In this document: in pieces, positions 35,478 to 46,824 of the stretch
Position numbering within the stretch: the first letter of the stretch is position 1
Layout: each line of letters begins with the position of its first letter
DNA from: Macrostomum lignano
Taxonomy: Eukaryota
Length of the DNA: 64,000 nt
Direction of reading: 5' to 3'
Assembly (NCBI GenBank): GCA_002269645.1
Contig: NIVC01002979.1
Span: 30,207-94,206, forward strand
Program-made: the position numbers and the translations under genes
Notes under the pieces: model-generated
What the model was told of the DNA's origin: nothing
The model's input: the letters and a program-made list of their open reading frames with translations, nothing else
Database searches by the model: none

Positions 35478-37106
35478 ATGCAACAGCAGCCAGTTGATGA
35501 GTTGCCTGGATATAGATATGATCCCATCAAGCGACGCTACTTCCGACTTGAAACGCCTGGTTCTGCTCCGTCTAATTATGACAGAGCCTATCGGAGTGAC
35601 ACTGAGCCAAAACAAGTTTCCACAGCATCATTAAAATCGGTCTGTCTCACGCGTTATCTATTTAGTCGATCTTTAGGCCCTACTAAAACGTCTGCTCAAC
35701 AATCACCTTCTAGCGTCATTGCTCAATGCCGATTATCAGTTTGCCCACCGCCATCCAGATGTCAGCAATCTTGCCACGGACCACCAGCTATCGTTCGTCG
35801 TCCAACAAGGCTTGTGTCGAATTTGTTTCGTAACTTTACTAATAGTAGTTCATCGAAACGTTTTGACTCGATCTATATCGGGGTGCACACTGGCTGCTCT
35901 GTTGATGGAATTCCTGGCGTGTCTAGCGGTGGATTATTGGAAGAGTCGCGCCGTTTTGGTCTGCGCATTAGACGAAATCGTCAACAGAAGATTAACAAGA
36001 CTCTAAAATTCAAGCCGCTTTCGCAAGACGCACAACGTCGAATCTTTGAACTGCCGGCGCCTGCGGCTTTCCCAACGTCCGTAGCCTTTGATTTGGTCAA
36101 GGCGCCAACTTGCATTGCCGACTGCGACACTTTAACAGTTGCCGCCTTTGCTAATTGCGCCAATAGTAATAACGGCAGCATTCAACTATCTGGATTGGCT
36201 AGAAAGGCTACAGTCAATCCAAACGCAGATGCTGATGATGCTAGTGACAATGGCACGTCTTTAATCAGTTCTCATAGTTTTACTTCAAACGTTGGCATTC
36301 GCTGGCCCAGCAGTAGTAGAAGTTTTAGAAGAAGAGGCTTCTCAGTAGTCGATCAAGGCGATCAACTTGTGGATTTGCGTATCTCACCCGGTGTAGTCGA
36401 TTTTCAAACGGCTCTGGCTGGTCGACACGCCGTGTTTTGCCTGCCTTCGGTTAATAGTCTCCGTTCGGCAGCTTCTAGCATTGTCTTGTCGCCATTGTGC
36501 ACTGCCAGATCGCCCATTGTCAATTTAGACGCCACATTGCTGGCGTCAAACAGCCGCTTATTGGCTGTTTGCTCATTGAACGATCTACTCTTAGCCGATG
36601 CTCGAGCTTCCACCGTTGCCATTTCCATTCGTCGACAGTGTCGGCATAATTTCACCGCTTGCAAATTTCTAGTATCAGATTTGAACTTCGATCCCAGAGT
36701 TATTGTTGCAGACAGTCCGGGAGCTTGTCTGCTATTTGACATTCGAAACCCTTCAAAGACTCTCGCCGTTCTGTCGCCTTGCCAAATAGATGGCGACAAT
36801 CGCGACGATGTTGGATTAGGGCATCGGGCCTCCTGGCTACAGACAGATTCGCGTTGCGATCTTGTTGCTAGGACCGATCCTAGGGGACTGGCCACTGTTT
36901 GGTACGTCAATTCGGGCAGGTGTTGCGAGAACAAAGAGAACATCTCGCCATTGTTGACGATTCCTGCGCCGTCCATTGGTGGACTGACCTTGCCAGTGTT
37001 GGTCGATTCGGATGACACTGGTAACATGATGCCGGCTGGACTAGCGGCTCTAGAGCTAACTGGAGAGGCCGACTGTGACCTGGCATTTTGGCCTATTGCA
37101 TTTTGA
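35478..37106 (+). CDS. DCAF4: DDB1- and CUL4-associated factor 4 (WDR21)-like WD40 protein, intronless, 542 aa
   Basis: N-terminal ELPGYRYDPIKRRYFRL matches the recalled DCAF4 motif ELPGFYFDPEKKRYFRL; H-box-like CLTRYLFSRSLG; divergent WD ends (LLFDIRNP, ATVWYV); AATAAA near 37331. Confidence 0.75.
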   Translation: MQQQPVDELPGYRYDPIKRRYFRLETPGSAPSNYDRAYRSDTEPKQVSTASLKSVCLTRYLFSRSLGPTKTSAQQSPSSVIAQCRLSVCPPPSRCQQSCHGPPAIVRRPTRLVSNLFRNFTNSSSSKRFDSIYIGVHTGCSVDGIPGVSSGGLLEESRRFGLRIRRNRQQKINKTLKFKPLSQDAQRRIFELPAPAAFPTSVAFDLVKAPTCIADCDTLTVAAFANCANSNNGSIQLSGLARKATVNPNADADDASDNGTSLISSHSFTSNVGIRWPSSSRSFRRRGFSVVDQGDQLVDLRISPGVVDFQTALAGRHAVFCLPSVNSLRSAASSIVLSPLCTARSPIVNLDATLLASNSRLLAVCSLNDLLLADARASTVAISIRRQCRHNFTACKFLVSDLNFDPRVIVADSPGACLLFDIRNPSKTLAVLSPCQIDGDNRDDVGLGHRASWLQTDSRCDLVARTDPRGLATVWYVNSGRCCENKENISPLLTIPAPSIGGLTLPVLVDSDDTGNMMPAGLAALELTGEADCDLAFWPIAF

Positions 37107-37454
37107 CTAGTGATTGAGCTGCAACTTAGAGCAAGTTAAGAACAAGTTCTTAAAGTTGCTATTATTGTTATGATAATTGCATGTATGAAAAAATAGTGTT
37201 TAGTGGTATCTTGTGCAGTCTACTAAAATGTTTGTAAATACGATCAATCTGTGAATTTTTTATTTTCGGTGCAACGTTAGTTTATTTTTGCATTTATTTC
37301 TATTTCATACAATAAGCAAGCATAGGAATCAATAAAGACTATTATGGTTTACAAAGTTCAGATTTATGGCCACCATGTTTAGCAATGGGCACTTGGTTTG
37401 ACACCACCGTGATGCTGATACCCGATTTTATCTCTCCGGACGCCCAGTTTGACA

Positions 37455-37920
37455 CACCTGACACTCCAGCTGGTACCCTCTGAAATTCGAGTTGGTACCC
37501 TCTGACACTTGATTTGGTACCCTCTGACACTTGATTTGGTTCCCTCTGACACTTGATTTGGTTCCCTCTGACACTTGATTTGGTACCCTCTGACACTTGA
37601 TTTGGTACCCTCTGACACTTGATTTGGTTCCCTCTGACACTTGATTTGGTACCCTCTGACACTTGATTTGGTACCCTCTGACACTTGATTTGGTACCCTC
37701 TGAAACTTGATTTGGTACCCTCTGATACTTGATTTGGTTCCCTCTGACACTTGATTTGGTACCCTCTGATACTTGATTTGGTTCCCTCTGACACTTGATT
37801 TGGTACCCTCTGACACTTGATTTGGTTCCCTCTGACACTTGATTTGGTACCCTCTGACACTTGATTTGGGACCCTCTGACACCTTACGACTTACGTGGTA
37901 CCCTCTGACACTTGATTTGG
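37455..37920. repeat. 21-bp minisatellite (CCTCTGACACTTGATTTGGTA/TC)
   Basis: Tandem units between DCAF4-like and INTS6. Confidence 0.96.
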
Positions 37921-38245
37921 CACTCTCCGATACCCCAAGTTTTATCGCCGTTTAGCACCAGACAATTAATCGCTTCTAACTCTCAATGTAGGCATCTAAT
38001 AATATTTTTGTATCGGTGCAACTGTAAAATCATCCGGCCGTTTCTAATGTCAACACACACGCATACACGTAAGTCGCTATTGGCTGAAAGCAGTCACGTG
38101 ACTATTCACAGCCAATAGTGAGCATTCCAATTGAAACGGCCGGACGAATCTACAGAATTTTCGTATTTCGTTAACTTATCAATTTCATTTGTCCATAATA
38201 AAAGCTTATATTCATTTGCATTCATGCCCTTAGCCATACGCCATC

Positions 38246-41200
38246 ATGACTATCATAGTATTCCTAATGGACAATTCTGCGTCCATGAATCAGCGAACTT
38301 ACCTGGGCACAACTCTGCTGGATGTGGCTCGCGGCGCGGTGGAGACTTTGATGAAATTGCGAGCCAGAGAGGCCTCGTCTAGATGGGATCGCTACATGCT
38401 GGTGACCTTGGATGACCCGCCAGCTAATATTAAAGCAGGATGGACTGAGAATCAGGCACGTTTTTGGGGAACCGCTATTCTCAGAGAATCGCCCTCTATC
38501 CTCAGTAAATCGCCCTCTATCTTCAGGAAATCGCCCTCTATCCTCAGGAAATCGCCCTCTATCCTCAGAGTCGCCCTCTATCCTCAGAGTCGCCCTCTAT
38601 CCTCAGAGAATCGGCCTCTATCCTCAGAGAGTCGCCCTCTATCCTCAGAGAATCGCTCACTGACTCCATTGAGATTTCCCCTCTGACCCAATTGAGATTC
38701 CCCCCTTACCCCATTGAGATTCCCCCTCTGACCCAATTGAGATTCCCCCTTACCCCATTGAGATTCCCCTTCTGACCCTATTGAGAATCCCCCACTGACC
38801 CCATTGAGATCCCCCACTGACCCCTGAGATTCCCCCTCTGACCCCATTGAGATTCCCCCTTACCCCATTGAGAATCCCCCACTGACCCCGTTGAGATTCC
38901 CCCTCTGACCCCATTGAGAATCCCCAACTAACCCCATTGAGATTCCCCCTCTGATGCCATTGAGAATCGCTCACCATTTTAGAATTCCCCACTAACCCCG
39001 TTGAGATCCCCCCTCTGACACCATTAAGAATCGCTCACTGACCCCATTGAGATTCCCCCTCTGACCCCATTGAGAATTGCTCACCATTTGAGAATCGCTC
39101 ACAGACCCCCTGACAAACGACTGTGAACCTTCACTGTGACAGGCAGCCTTCACCCAGCAGCTGAAGCTGTTGCGCGCTCACGGCGTCACCACCCTGGGCG
39201 CCGGGTTGAAGCGCACGCTGGATCTGCTAAATCTGAACCGTTTGCAGCACGGCATTGACAACTACGGCTGCGGCAGATTTCCGTTCTACATTGAGCCGGC
39301 AGTTATCATTGCGCTGACAGACGGCAGAAAGCTTACTAGCGAGGCCGGCATAACGGCCGAGCTCAACCTGCCTATGGTTGGCGGCGTTATGGGATCCGAG
39401 CTCACCCAGGTAATGCTGATAATGAGTAACGAGTGTGTTAATTGGTGTGCTAACTACTGCGCCAAGGGGTGTGCTAATGTGTGCCAATGGGTGTGCTAAT
39501 GTGTGCCAATGGGTGTGCTAATGTGTGCCAATGGGTGTGCTAATGTGTGCCAATGGGTGTGCTAATGTGTGCCAATGGGTGTGCTAATGTGTGCCAATGG
39601 ATATGCAGTGTGCTAATTACTGCCAATGGGTGTGCTAATGTGTGCCAATGGGTGTGCTAATGTGTGCCAATGGATGTGCAGTGTGCTAATTACTGCCAAT
39701 GGGTGTGCTAATGTGTGCCAATGGGTGTGCTAATGTGTGCCAATATGGGTGTGCTGATGTGTGTCAATGGGTGTGCTAATTACTGTGCCAATGTGGGTGT
39801 GCTGTGTGCCAATGGGTGTGCTAATTACTGTGCCAATGGGTGTGCTAATTACTGTGCCAATAGGTGTGCTAATGTGTGCCAATTGATGTGCAGTGTGCTA
39901 ATTACTGCCAATGGGTGTGCTAATGTGTGCTAATGGATGTGCTAATGTGTGCCAATGGATGTGCTAATTACTGTGCCAATGGGTGTGCTAATTACTGTGC
40001 CAATGGGTGTGCTAATTACTGTGCCGATGGGTTGCTAATTACTGTGCCGATGGGTGTGCTAATTACTGTGCCGATTGGTGTGCTAATTACTGTGCCAATG
40101 GGTGTGCTAATTACTGTGCTGGTGGGTGTGCTAATTACTGTGATAATGGGTGTGCTAATTACTGTGCCGATGGGTGTGCTAATTAATGTGCCGATGGGTG
40201 AGCTAATTACTGTGCCGATGGGTGAGCTAATTACTGTGCCGATGGGTGTGCTAATTACTGTGCCGATGGGTGTGCTAATTAATGTGCCGATGGGTGAGCT
40301 AATTACTGTGCCGATGGGTGTGCTAATTACTGTGCCGATTGGTGTGCTAATTACTGTGATAATGGGTGAGCTAATGTGTGCTACTGAGTATGCTAATGCT
40401 TATGAGTATTAATGAGTGTGCTTAATAGGTGTGCTAATACCTGTATGCGTGATGATCTAACACTAAATAAAACACTGATCAACCCACCGATTCGCAGGAA
40501 CCGTTCCGCTGGGATCAGCGGCTGTACGGCCTTGTGCTGAGGTTCCCCGCCCTGACGGACCCCCAGTCCGGTGCTGCCGGCCAGCAGCAGTACGTACCGC
40601 CGGCTGGCGACTCGCCCATCGACATCATGTGCGAGGTGACCGGCGGCCGGTCCTACAAGCTGGTCAATCAGCGAATGCTCAACCAGTGCTTGGAGAGTCT
40701 GTGCCAGAAGTGCCAGCCGGGCATTGTAGTGCACCTGGAGAAGCTGGGCCCGGACCCGCCGCCTGCTACTGACGACAAAGGCCGGCCGGTTGCGTCGGTA
40801 AGAGGGGTCTGCCATTGTTTTACATTGTAAGATAATATAAGTTATCCCAGAGATTCTAGTGCTGTCGATTCTGTACCTGATCCCATCCCAATCTGATCCC
40901 AATCAGCACAGTAATTAGCACACCCATTGGCACAGTAATTAGCACACCCATTGGTACAGTAATTAGCACACCCATTGGCACAGTAATTAGCACACCCATC
41001 CCAATCTGATTCCATCTCAATCTGATCCCATCCCAATCTGATCCCATCCCAATCTGATCCCATCCCTACCTGATCCCATCCCTACCTGATCCCATCCCAA
41101 TCTGATCCCATCCCTACCTGATCCCATCCCTACCTGATCCCATCCCAATCTGATCCCTTCCCCTACCTGATCCCATCCCAATCTGATCCCATCCCAATCT

Positions 41201-44200
41201 GATCCCATCCCAATCTGATTCCATCTCAATCTAATCCCATCCCAATCCCACCCCATCCCAATCTGATCCCATCCCAATCTAATCCCATCCCATCCCAATC
41301 TGATCCCATCCCTACCTGATCCCATCCCAATGATCCCATCCCAATCTGATCCCATCCCAATGATCCCATCCCAATCTGATCCCATCCCAATGATCCCATC
41401 CCAATCTGATCCCATCCCAATCTGATCCCATCCCAATCTGATCCCATCCCAATCTGATCCCATTCCAATCTGATCCCATTCCTACCTGATTCCATCCCAA
41501 TCTGATCCCATCCCAATCCTATTCCATCCCAATCCCATCCCATCCCAATCTGATCCCACCCCAATCTGATCCCATCCCAATCTGATCCCATCCCAATCTG
41601 ATCCCATCCCAATCCCATCCCATCCCAATCTGATCCCACCCCAATCCCATCCCATCCCAATCTGATCCCATCCCAATCTGATCCCATCCCAATCCTATTC
41701 CATCCCAATCCCATCCCATCCCAATCTGATCCCACCCCAATCTGATCCCATCCCATCCCATCCCAATCTGATCCCACCCCAATCCCATCCCATCCCAATC
41801 TGATCCCACCCCAATCTGATCCCATCCCTACCTGATCCCATCCTTAGACTGCTGCCATCCCTTCCTGGAGAAGTCTCTAAATTCAAGCTTCTAGGAGTTA
41901 CTTAGGAGTAAAAGCGCACAAAATTAACCTTGAACTCCCTCCAGTCCGTCGCGGGCACAGCCTGGCAGAGCTGCAAGCGAATGCTATACGTGAAAGTGTC
42001 CACCCAGCGCGGCAACGCCACGGGTCACTGGCCGATTCCCGAGGCCTACTGGCCTGACCTCAGCGCCTACCGGCTGCCGCCCAGGTCCGCCCATCCTCTA
42101 GTCAGATTCGTCTGTCAAAAAGCCGAGCCTCAAGCAATTGACGGATTCCCGTTCGACAAATACGAGCTGGAACCGTCGCCTCTGACGCAGTACATCCTGG
42201 AGAGGCGCGAGCCGCACTCGGCCTGGCAATGTCACGTGCCTCACAGCGCCAAGTCTACCGCGCCCGAGGCGCAGAAACCGTTTGGCTATTTGAAGCCGGC
42301 TAGCAACTTGCAGTCGGTTAATCTGATTGTACTGCCCTACGACTATCCCACACTGTTTGCTCTGCTAGACGAGCTGATTAAATTGCACAAGATGAAGCCA
42401 ACTGACCAGTGGCGGGCTCGCTTTGCCGAATACCTGAGGCGGATGCCGTCTTATTATGGACAGCCTTTGGCCAGGGCTATGGAGAAATTGGGCGTGAAGG
42501 GTGTGGTGCCGGATCAGGTGAGCTGGAGTGTTGGTTAATCAACACACTGCTCAATGTTTTCCTTCGGTTTGAGCTGTTACTTAAATCCCATAATTCATCT
42601 TGAGCTGTCACTCAAATCCCATAATTCATCTTGAGCTATCGCTCAAATCCCATTTCTCAAATCCCATAATTCAGCTTGAGCTATCGCTCAAATCCCATTT
42701 CTCAAATCCCATAATTCAGCTTGAGCTATCGCTCAAATCCCATTTCTCAAATCCCATAATTCAGTTTAAAAGCTGTCACTCAAATCCCATAATTCAGCTT
42801 AAGCTGTCACTCAAATCCCATAATTCAGCTTAAGCTGTCGCTCAAATCCCATTTCCTACCAACTCTGGCATTACCACCCCTGATCCCACCCCGCCCCCTC
42901 AGGTGTCGCACGCGGTCCCCGTGAGTCCGGCTGTCCAGTCCTACCTGAAAAAGGTCCGCGTCGCCGCCAAAGCCGAATACGACCGGGTGGTGGTGGCCAC
43001 GGCAGCCAGCAACCAGCAGCACCCCGAGGAGGGCCGGTTCATTGAAGTTGCCCGGCCCTGCGTGGTGCCCCTACCAGACATTGATCTGCAGCTGGTTGCC
43101 AGGGGCAACCAAATCCCAGCTCAGCCGCCGCCGCAGCAGCCGCCGCTTCGACTTCAAGTGATCAGTCAGCAGCAGCAGCTTCAGTTGCAGCAGCAGCAGC
43201 AGCCTTCGGAAGCCAATAGGCCGTATCAGAATCCTTTTCACGTGCCCAGGGAATCCTTGCGCACCTGCTTAGTTCAGATGCGGGCCAACCTGCTGGCCGC
43301 GCTACGAGGCGCGTCGCCGGTTCACGACGACTCTCGACACAGCCAGCCGGTGTCGGTGATGGGCAACTACACCGAGTATTTAAAGCGCCAGCCGCCGCCG
43401 CTGAGGGAGCTCGACTCCAGCCCGCTGCGGCTGCACACCTTCGGCAATCCGTTCAAGCTGGCCAAGCAGATGAAGCAGGTCGGCTTTCAGGCCGTCGACG
43501 AGGCCGACGAGCTTCAGCAGCTGGCTAGCAACCGGAAGCGGCCGCACTCTGGCGGAGTTGGCGGCGCCGGCGGTGTCGGCGGCGGCGGCGGCAGCGTCGG
43601 TCCAGCCGGCATCGATTTATCGTCGCCGTCGTTGCCAAAGCGACGCAAGCCGGGGCCGCTGTCGCCGGAGGTGACACTCCGGTCGCTGCGAACTCCGCCG
43701 CCGTCGCCGGCGCCGCACCGGCGAGATTCTATCGACTCGCTGACTTCGACGTCGACAATCAGCGGCTTCGGAGATGTCGCAAATCTGTCAACTAGCGACA
43801 CGTCGATGCCTTCTTCGCCGAAATCGCCAACGTCGCCGAATTCGCCGATGTCGCCGCCGAGGCTGCTGCCAGCGGACGGGGGCGACGATTTCGGCGGCGA
43901 CATCGACAGCACCTGCGCTGATTCTTCATCGACGTCCGCCGACCATCGCCAGCCGTCTTCGCCGTCGTCGCCGCCGACCTTGTCGCCAGCCGCAGCCGCT
44001 GCCGCTGCCGTTCTCGACGAGCGTCGACACTTTGAAGCTGCCGATCGACTGCTGACGCGGCTGCTGCCGGCGGTGCGCGGCTGCCCGCTGGCGGGCCTGT
44101 CGGACCTGCTGGACCAGATTGCCGCCTGTCGGTGCCGACCCGACCAGCGCCGGGCCGTGGTGGCCTGTCTGGAGGCGGAGGCGGCCAGGTTCCGTCGGCG

Positions 44201-44297
44201 GGATCTTGCCAAGCTGCTCAGGCGGGTGGCCCGCTGGCTGGACTCGGTTGGGGACGACGTTGAAGCCCTGATGCCGGAGCTGGCGGCCGATAGTTGA
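38246..44297 (+). CDS. INTS6: Integrator complex subunit 6; exons 38246-38455, 39143-39409, 40498-40797, 41945-42517, 42903-44297; 914 aa
   Basis: VWA N-terminus FLMDNSASMNQR..GAVETLMKLRAR, EPFRWDQRL, MCEVTGGRSY, GHWPIPEAYWPD, PFDKYELEPSPLTQ, MGNYTEYLK, HTFGNPFKL all match INTS6/DDX26; exon lengths are all multiples of 3. Confidence 0.96.
38478..39110. repeat. INTS6 intron 1 minisatellite (19-24-bp, GAGAATCGCCCTCTATCCTCA shifting to CCATTGAGATTCCCCCTCTGACC)
   Basis: Tandem units; core related to the 45690-46540 array. Confidence 0.92.
39455..40395 (+). repeat. INTS6 intron 2 minisatellite (20/24-bp, CCAATGGGTGTGCTAATGTGTG / CCAATGGGTGTGCTAATTACTGTG)
   Basis: Tandem units. Confidence 0.95.
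40875..41845. repeat. INTS6 intron 3 minisatellite (16-bp CCCATCCCAATCTGAT) containing an inverted block of the intron 2 repeat at 40907-40999
   Basis: Tandem units; CACAGTAATTAGCACACCCATTGG x about 4 embedded. Confidence 0.95.
42570..42852. repeat. INTS6 intron 4 minisatellite (CTCAAATCCCATAATTCAGCTTGAGCT core)
   Basis: About 8 units of 31-46 bp. Confidence 0.9.
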
Positions 44298-44409
44298 ACA
44301 GCTGGAGCGTCTGCTGTGTCTGAGAAACTTTGTGTGAACGTGCTGTGATTGAATTCAAGGACTGATATTAGTAGTGAGGGCGCAGCATGTCAGAACTGTT
44401 GCCTACTAC

Positions 44410-44960
44410 CTGACCAGATCCCCAGTTGCTGGGCCAGCCTCCCAGATACTCAGTTGCTGGGCCAGCCTCCCAGATCCCCAGTTGCTGGGCCAGCCTCCCA
44501 GATACTCAGTTGCTGGGCCAGCCTCCCAGATCCTCAGTTTCTGGGCCAGCCTCTCAGATACTCTGTTGCTGGGCCAGCCTCAAAGATCCTCCGTTGCTGG
44601 GCCAGCCTCCCAGATCCTCCGTTGCTGGGCCAACCTCTCAGATACTCAGTTGCTGGGCCAGCCTCCCAGATCCCCAGTTGCTGGGCCAGCCTCCCAGATC
44701 CCAGTTGCTGGGCCACCAGCCTCCCAGATCCCCAGTTGCTGGGCCAGCCTCCCAGATCCTCCGTTGCTGGGCCACCAGCCTCCCAGATCCCCAGTTGCTG
44801 GGCCAGCCTCCCAGATCCCCAGTTGCTGGGCCAGCCTCCCAGATCCCCAGTTGCTGGGCCACCAGCCTCCCAGATCCTCCGTTGCTGGGCCACCAGCCTC
44901 CCAGATCACCAGTTGCTGGGCCAGCCTCCCAGATCTCCAGTTGCTGGGCCAGCCTCCCAG
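44410..44960. repeat. 28-bp minisatellite (GTTGCTGGGCCAGCCTCCCAGATCCCCA) just 3' of the INTS6 stop
   Basis: Tandem units. Confidence 0.95.
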
Positions 44961-45689
44961 ATTATTAAATGTGTTAAGTCCTGTTACTACTCAATTTTGT
45001 CCTTGATTTACTGCCACTAACTAGTTTAATTTGCTTATTTTAATAGCTGTTTCAGTTGATGCATAACTTTCATAAAGTGCATTTTTGTAACATTAAAAAG
45101 TTGCATTGTTTGAAGTTTTATTTGTCATGTTGTCTTGTTATAATTCTGTTCATAATTATAAGATAGGAAGGGCATCAGGAAAATTTGTGTAACAAAGTTA
45201 ATAAGCATGGAAAAGAGAACTATTATCTATTGAGTAAGTAGTGTACAGCATAAGGTCTTTCAACCCTTATTTATGCTATCTAACTAAAATCCTATAGTCT
45301 TTAGGAATCATCAAAAAGGCAGCGATGGGTAATTGTTGGAAAGTTATCCAGACGTTTAAAGACTAACCAGTTGTTCACTATTTTTCAAAATAAAAATTAT
45401 TTTTGAAACACACTACTGCTAGTAAGCAACAAGAATATTGTGTGTGCTAAACAAAAAATATGTATTATATGAGCTTTAATTGGCAGCAAAATAATATCAA
45501 TCAATCTTTCAATCTTTCTAATTTTTTTATTAAACTGCTTCAAGTATATATGGCATCGTATATATGGCATCGAGATACAGTTCTCTAATAAGCGTCACCT
45601 ATACTCTAATATCGCGGTACAAAAAACGTATTCCCTCGTGCAAGAATATGGTTTGGGTTAGGGTTAGATCCCCTTAAAAAGATCGCTCT

Positions 45690-46540
45690 CTGACCTCCAT
45701 TACAAGAATCGCCCTTTGGCCCCCATTACAAGAATCTCCCTCTGACCCCCATTACAAGAATCTCCCTCTGACACCCATCACAAGAATTGCCCTCTGACCC
45801 CCATTACAAGAATCTCCCTCTGGCCCCCATCACAAGAATTGCCCTCTGACCTCCATTACAAGAATCGCCCTCTGACCCCCATCACAAGAATCTCCCTCTG
45901 ACCCCTATTACAAGAATCGCCCTCTGACCCCCATTACAAGAATCGCCCTCTGACCCCCATTACAAGAATCGCCCTCTGACCCCCATTACAAGAATCGCCC
46001 TCTGACCCCCATTACAAGAATCGCCCTCTGACCCCTATTACAAGAATCGCCATCTGACCCCCATTACAAGAATCGCCCTCTGACCCCTATTACAAGAATC
46101 GCCATCTGACCCCCATTACAAGAATCGCCCTCTGACCCCCATTACAAGAATCGCCCTCTGACCCCTATTACAAGAATCGCCCTCTGACCCCCATTACAAG
46201 AATCGCCCTCTGACCCCTATTACAAGAATCGCACTTTGACCCCCATTACAAGAATCGCCCTCTGACCCCCATTACAAAAATCGCCCTCTGACCCCTATTA
46301 CAAGAATCGCCCTCTGACCCCCATTACAAGAATCGCCCTCTGACCCCCATTACAAGAATCGCCCTCTGACCCCTATTACAAGAATCGCCCTCTGACCCCC
46401 ATTACAAGAATCGCCCTCTGACCCCTATTACAAGAATCGCCCTCTGACCCCCATTACAAAAATCGCCCTCTGACCCCTATTACAAGAATCGCCCTCTGAC
46501 CCCCATTACAAAAATCGCCCTCTGACCCCCATCACAAGAA
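45690..46540. repeat. 26-bp minisatellite (TTACAAGAATCGCCCTCTGACCCCCA)
   Basis: About 32 units. Confidence 0.97.
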
Positions 46541-46824
46541 TCTTTTTCCTCTCTCCTCTTACAAGCAAAAAAGGAAACTTTAGGTTTTGAGCACTTGAAC
46601 TCAGACACATGAGGGTTGCACTTTTATCAATTTTCCGATGCCTAACTATATAATGTGGGCTTTCTAACATTCACATTCGATTTATACAGCTGCATACCAT
46701 CGGGGCTTTTTATTTCCTAAATTTATACTCCTCATTTCCGTTGTTTCCTCGTATACTTGTGCCTCACCTTGATCAGCGCGCTAGGGCAGTGGCAACTCTG
46801 CGACTCTTTTTACCCTTACCCAAT

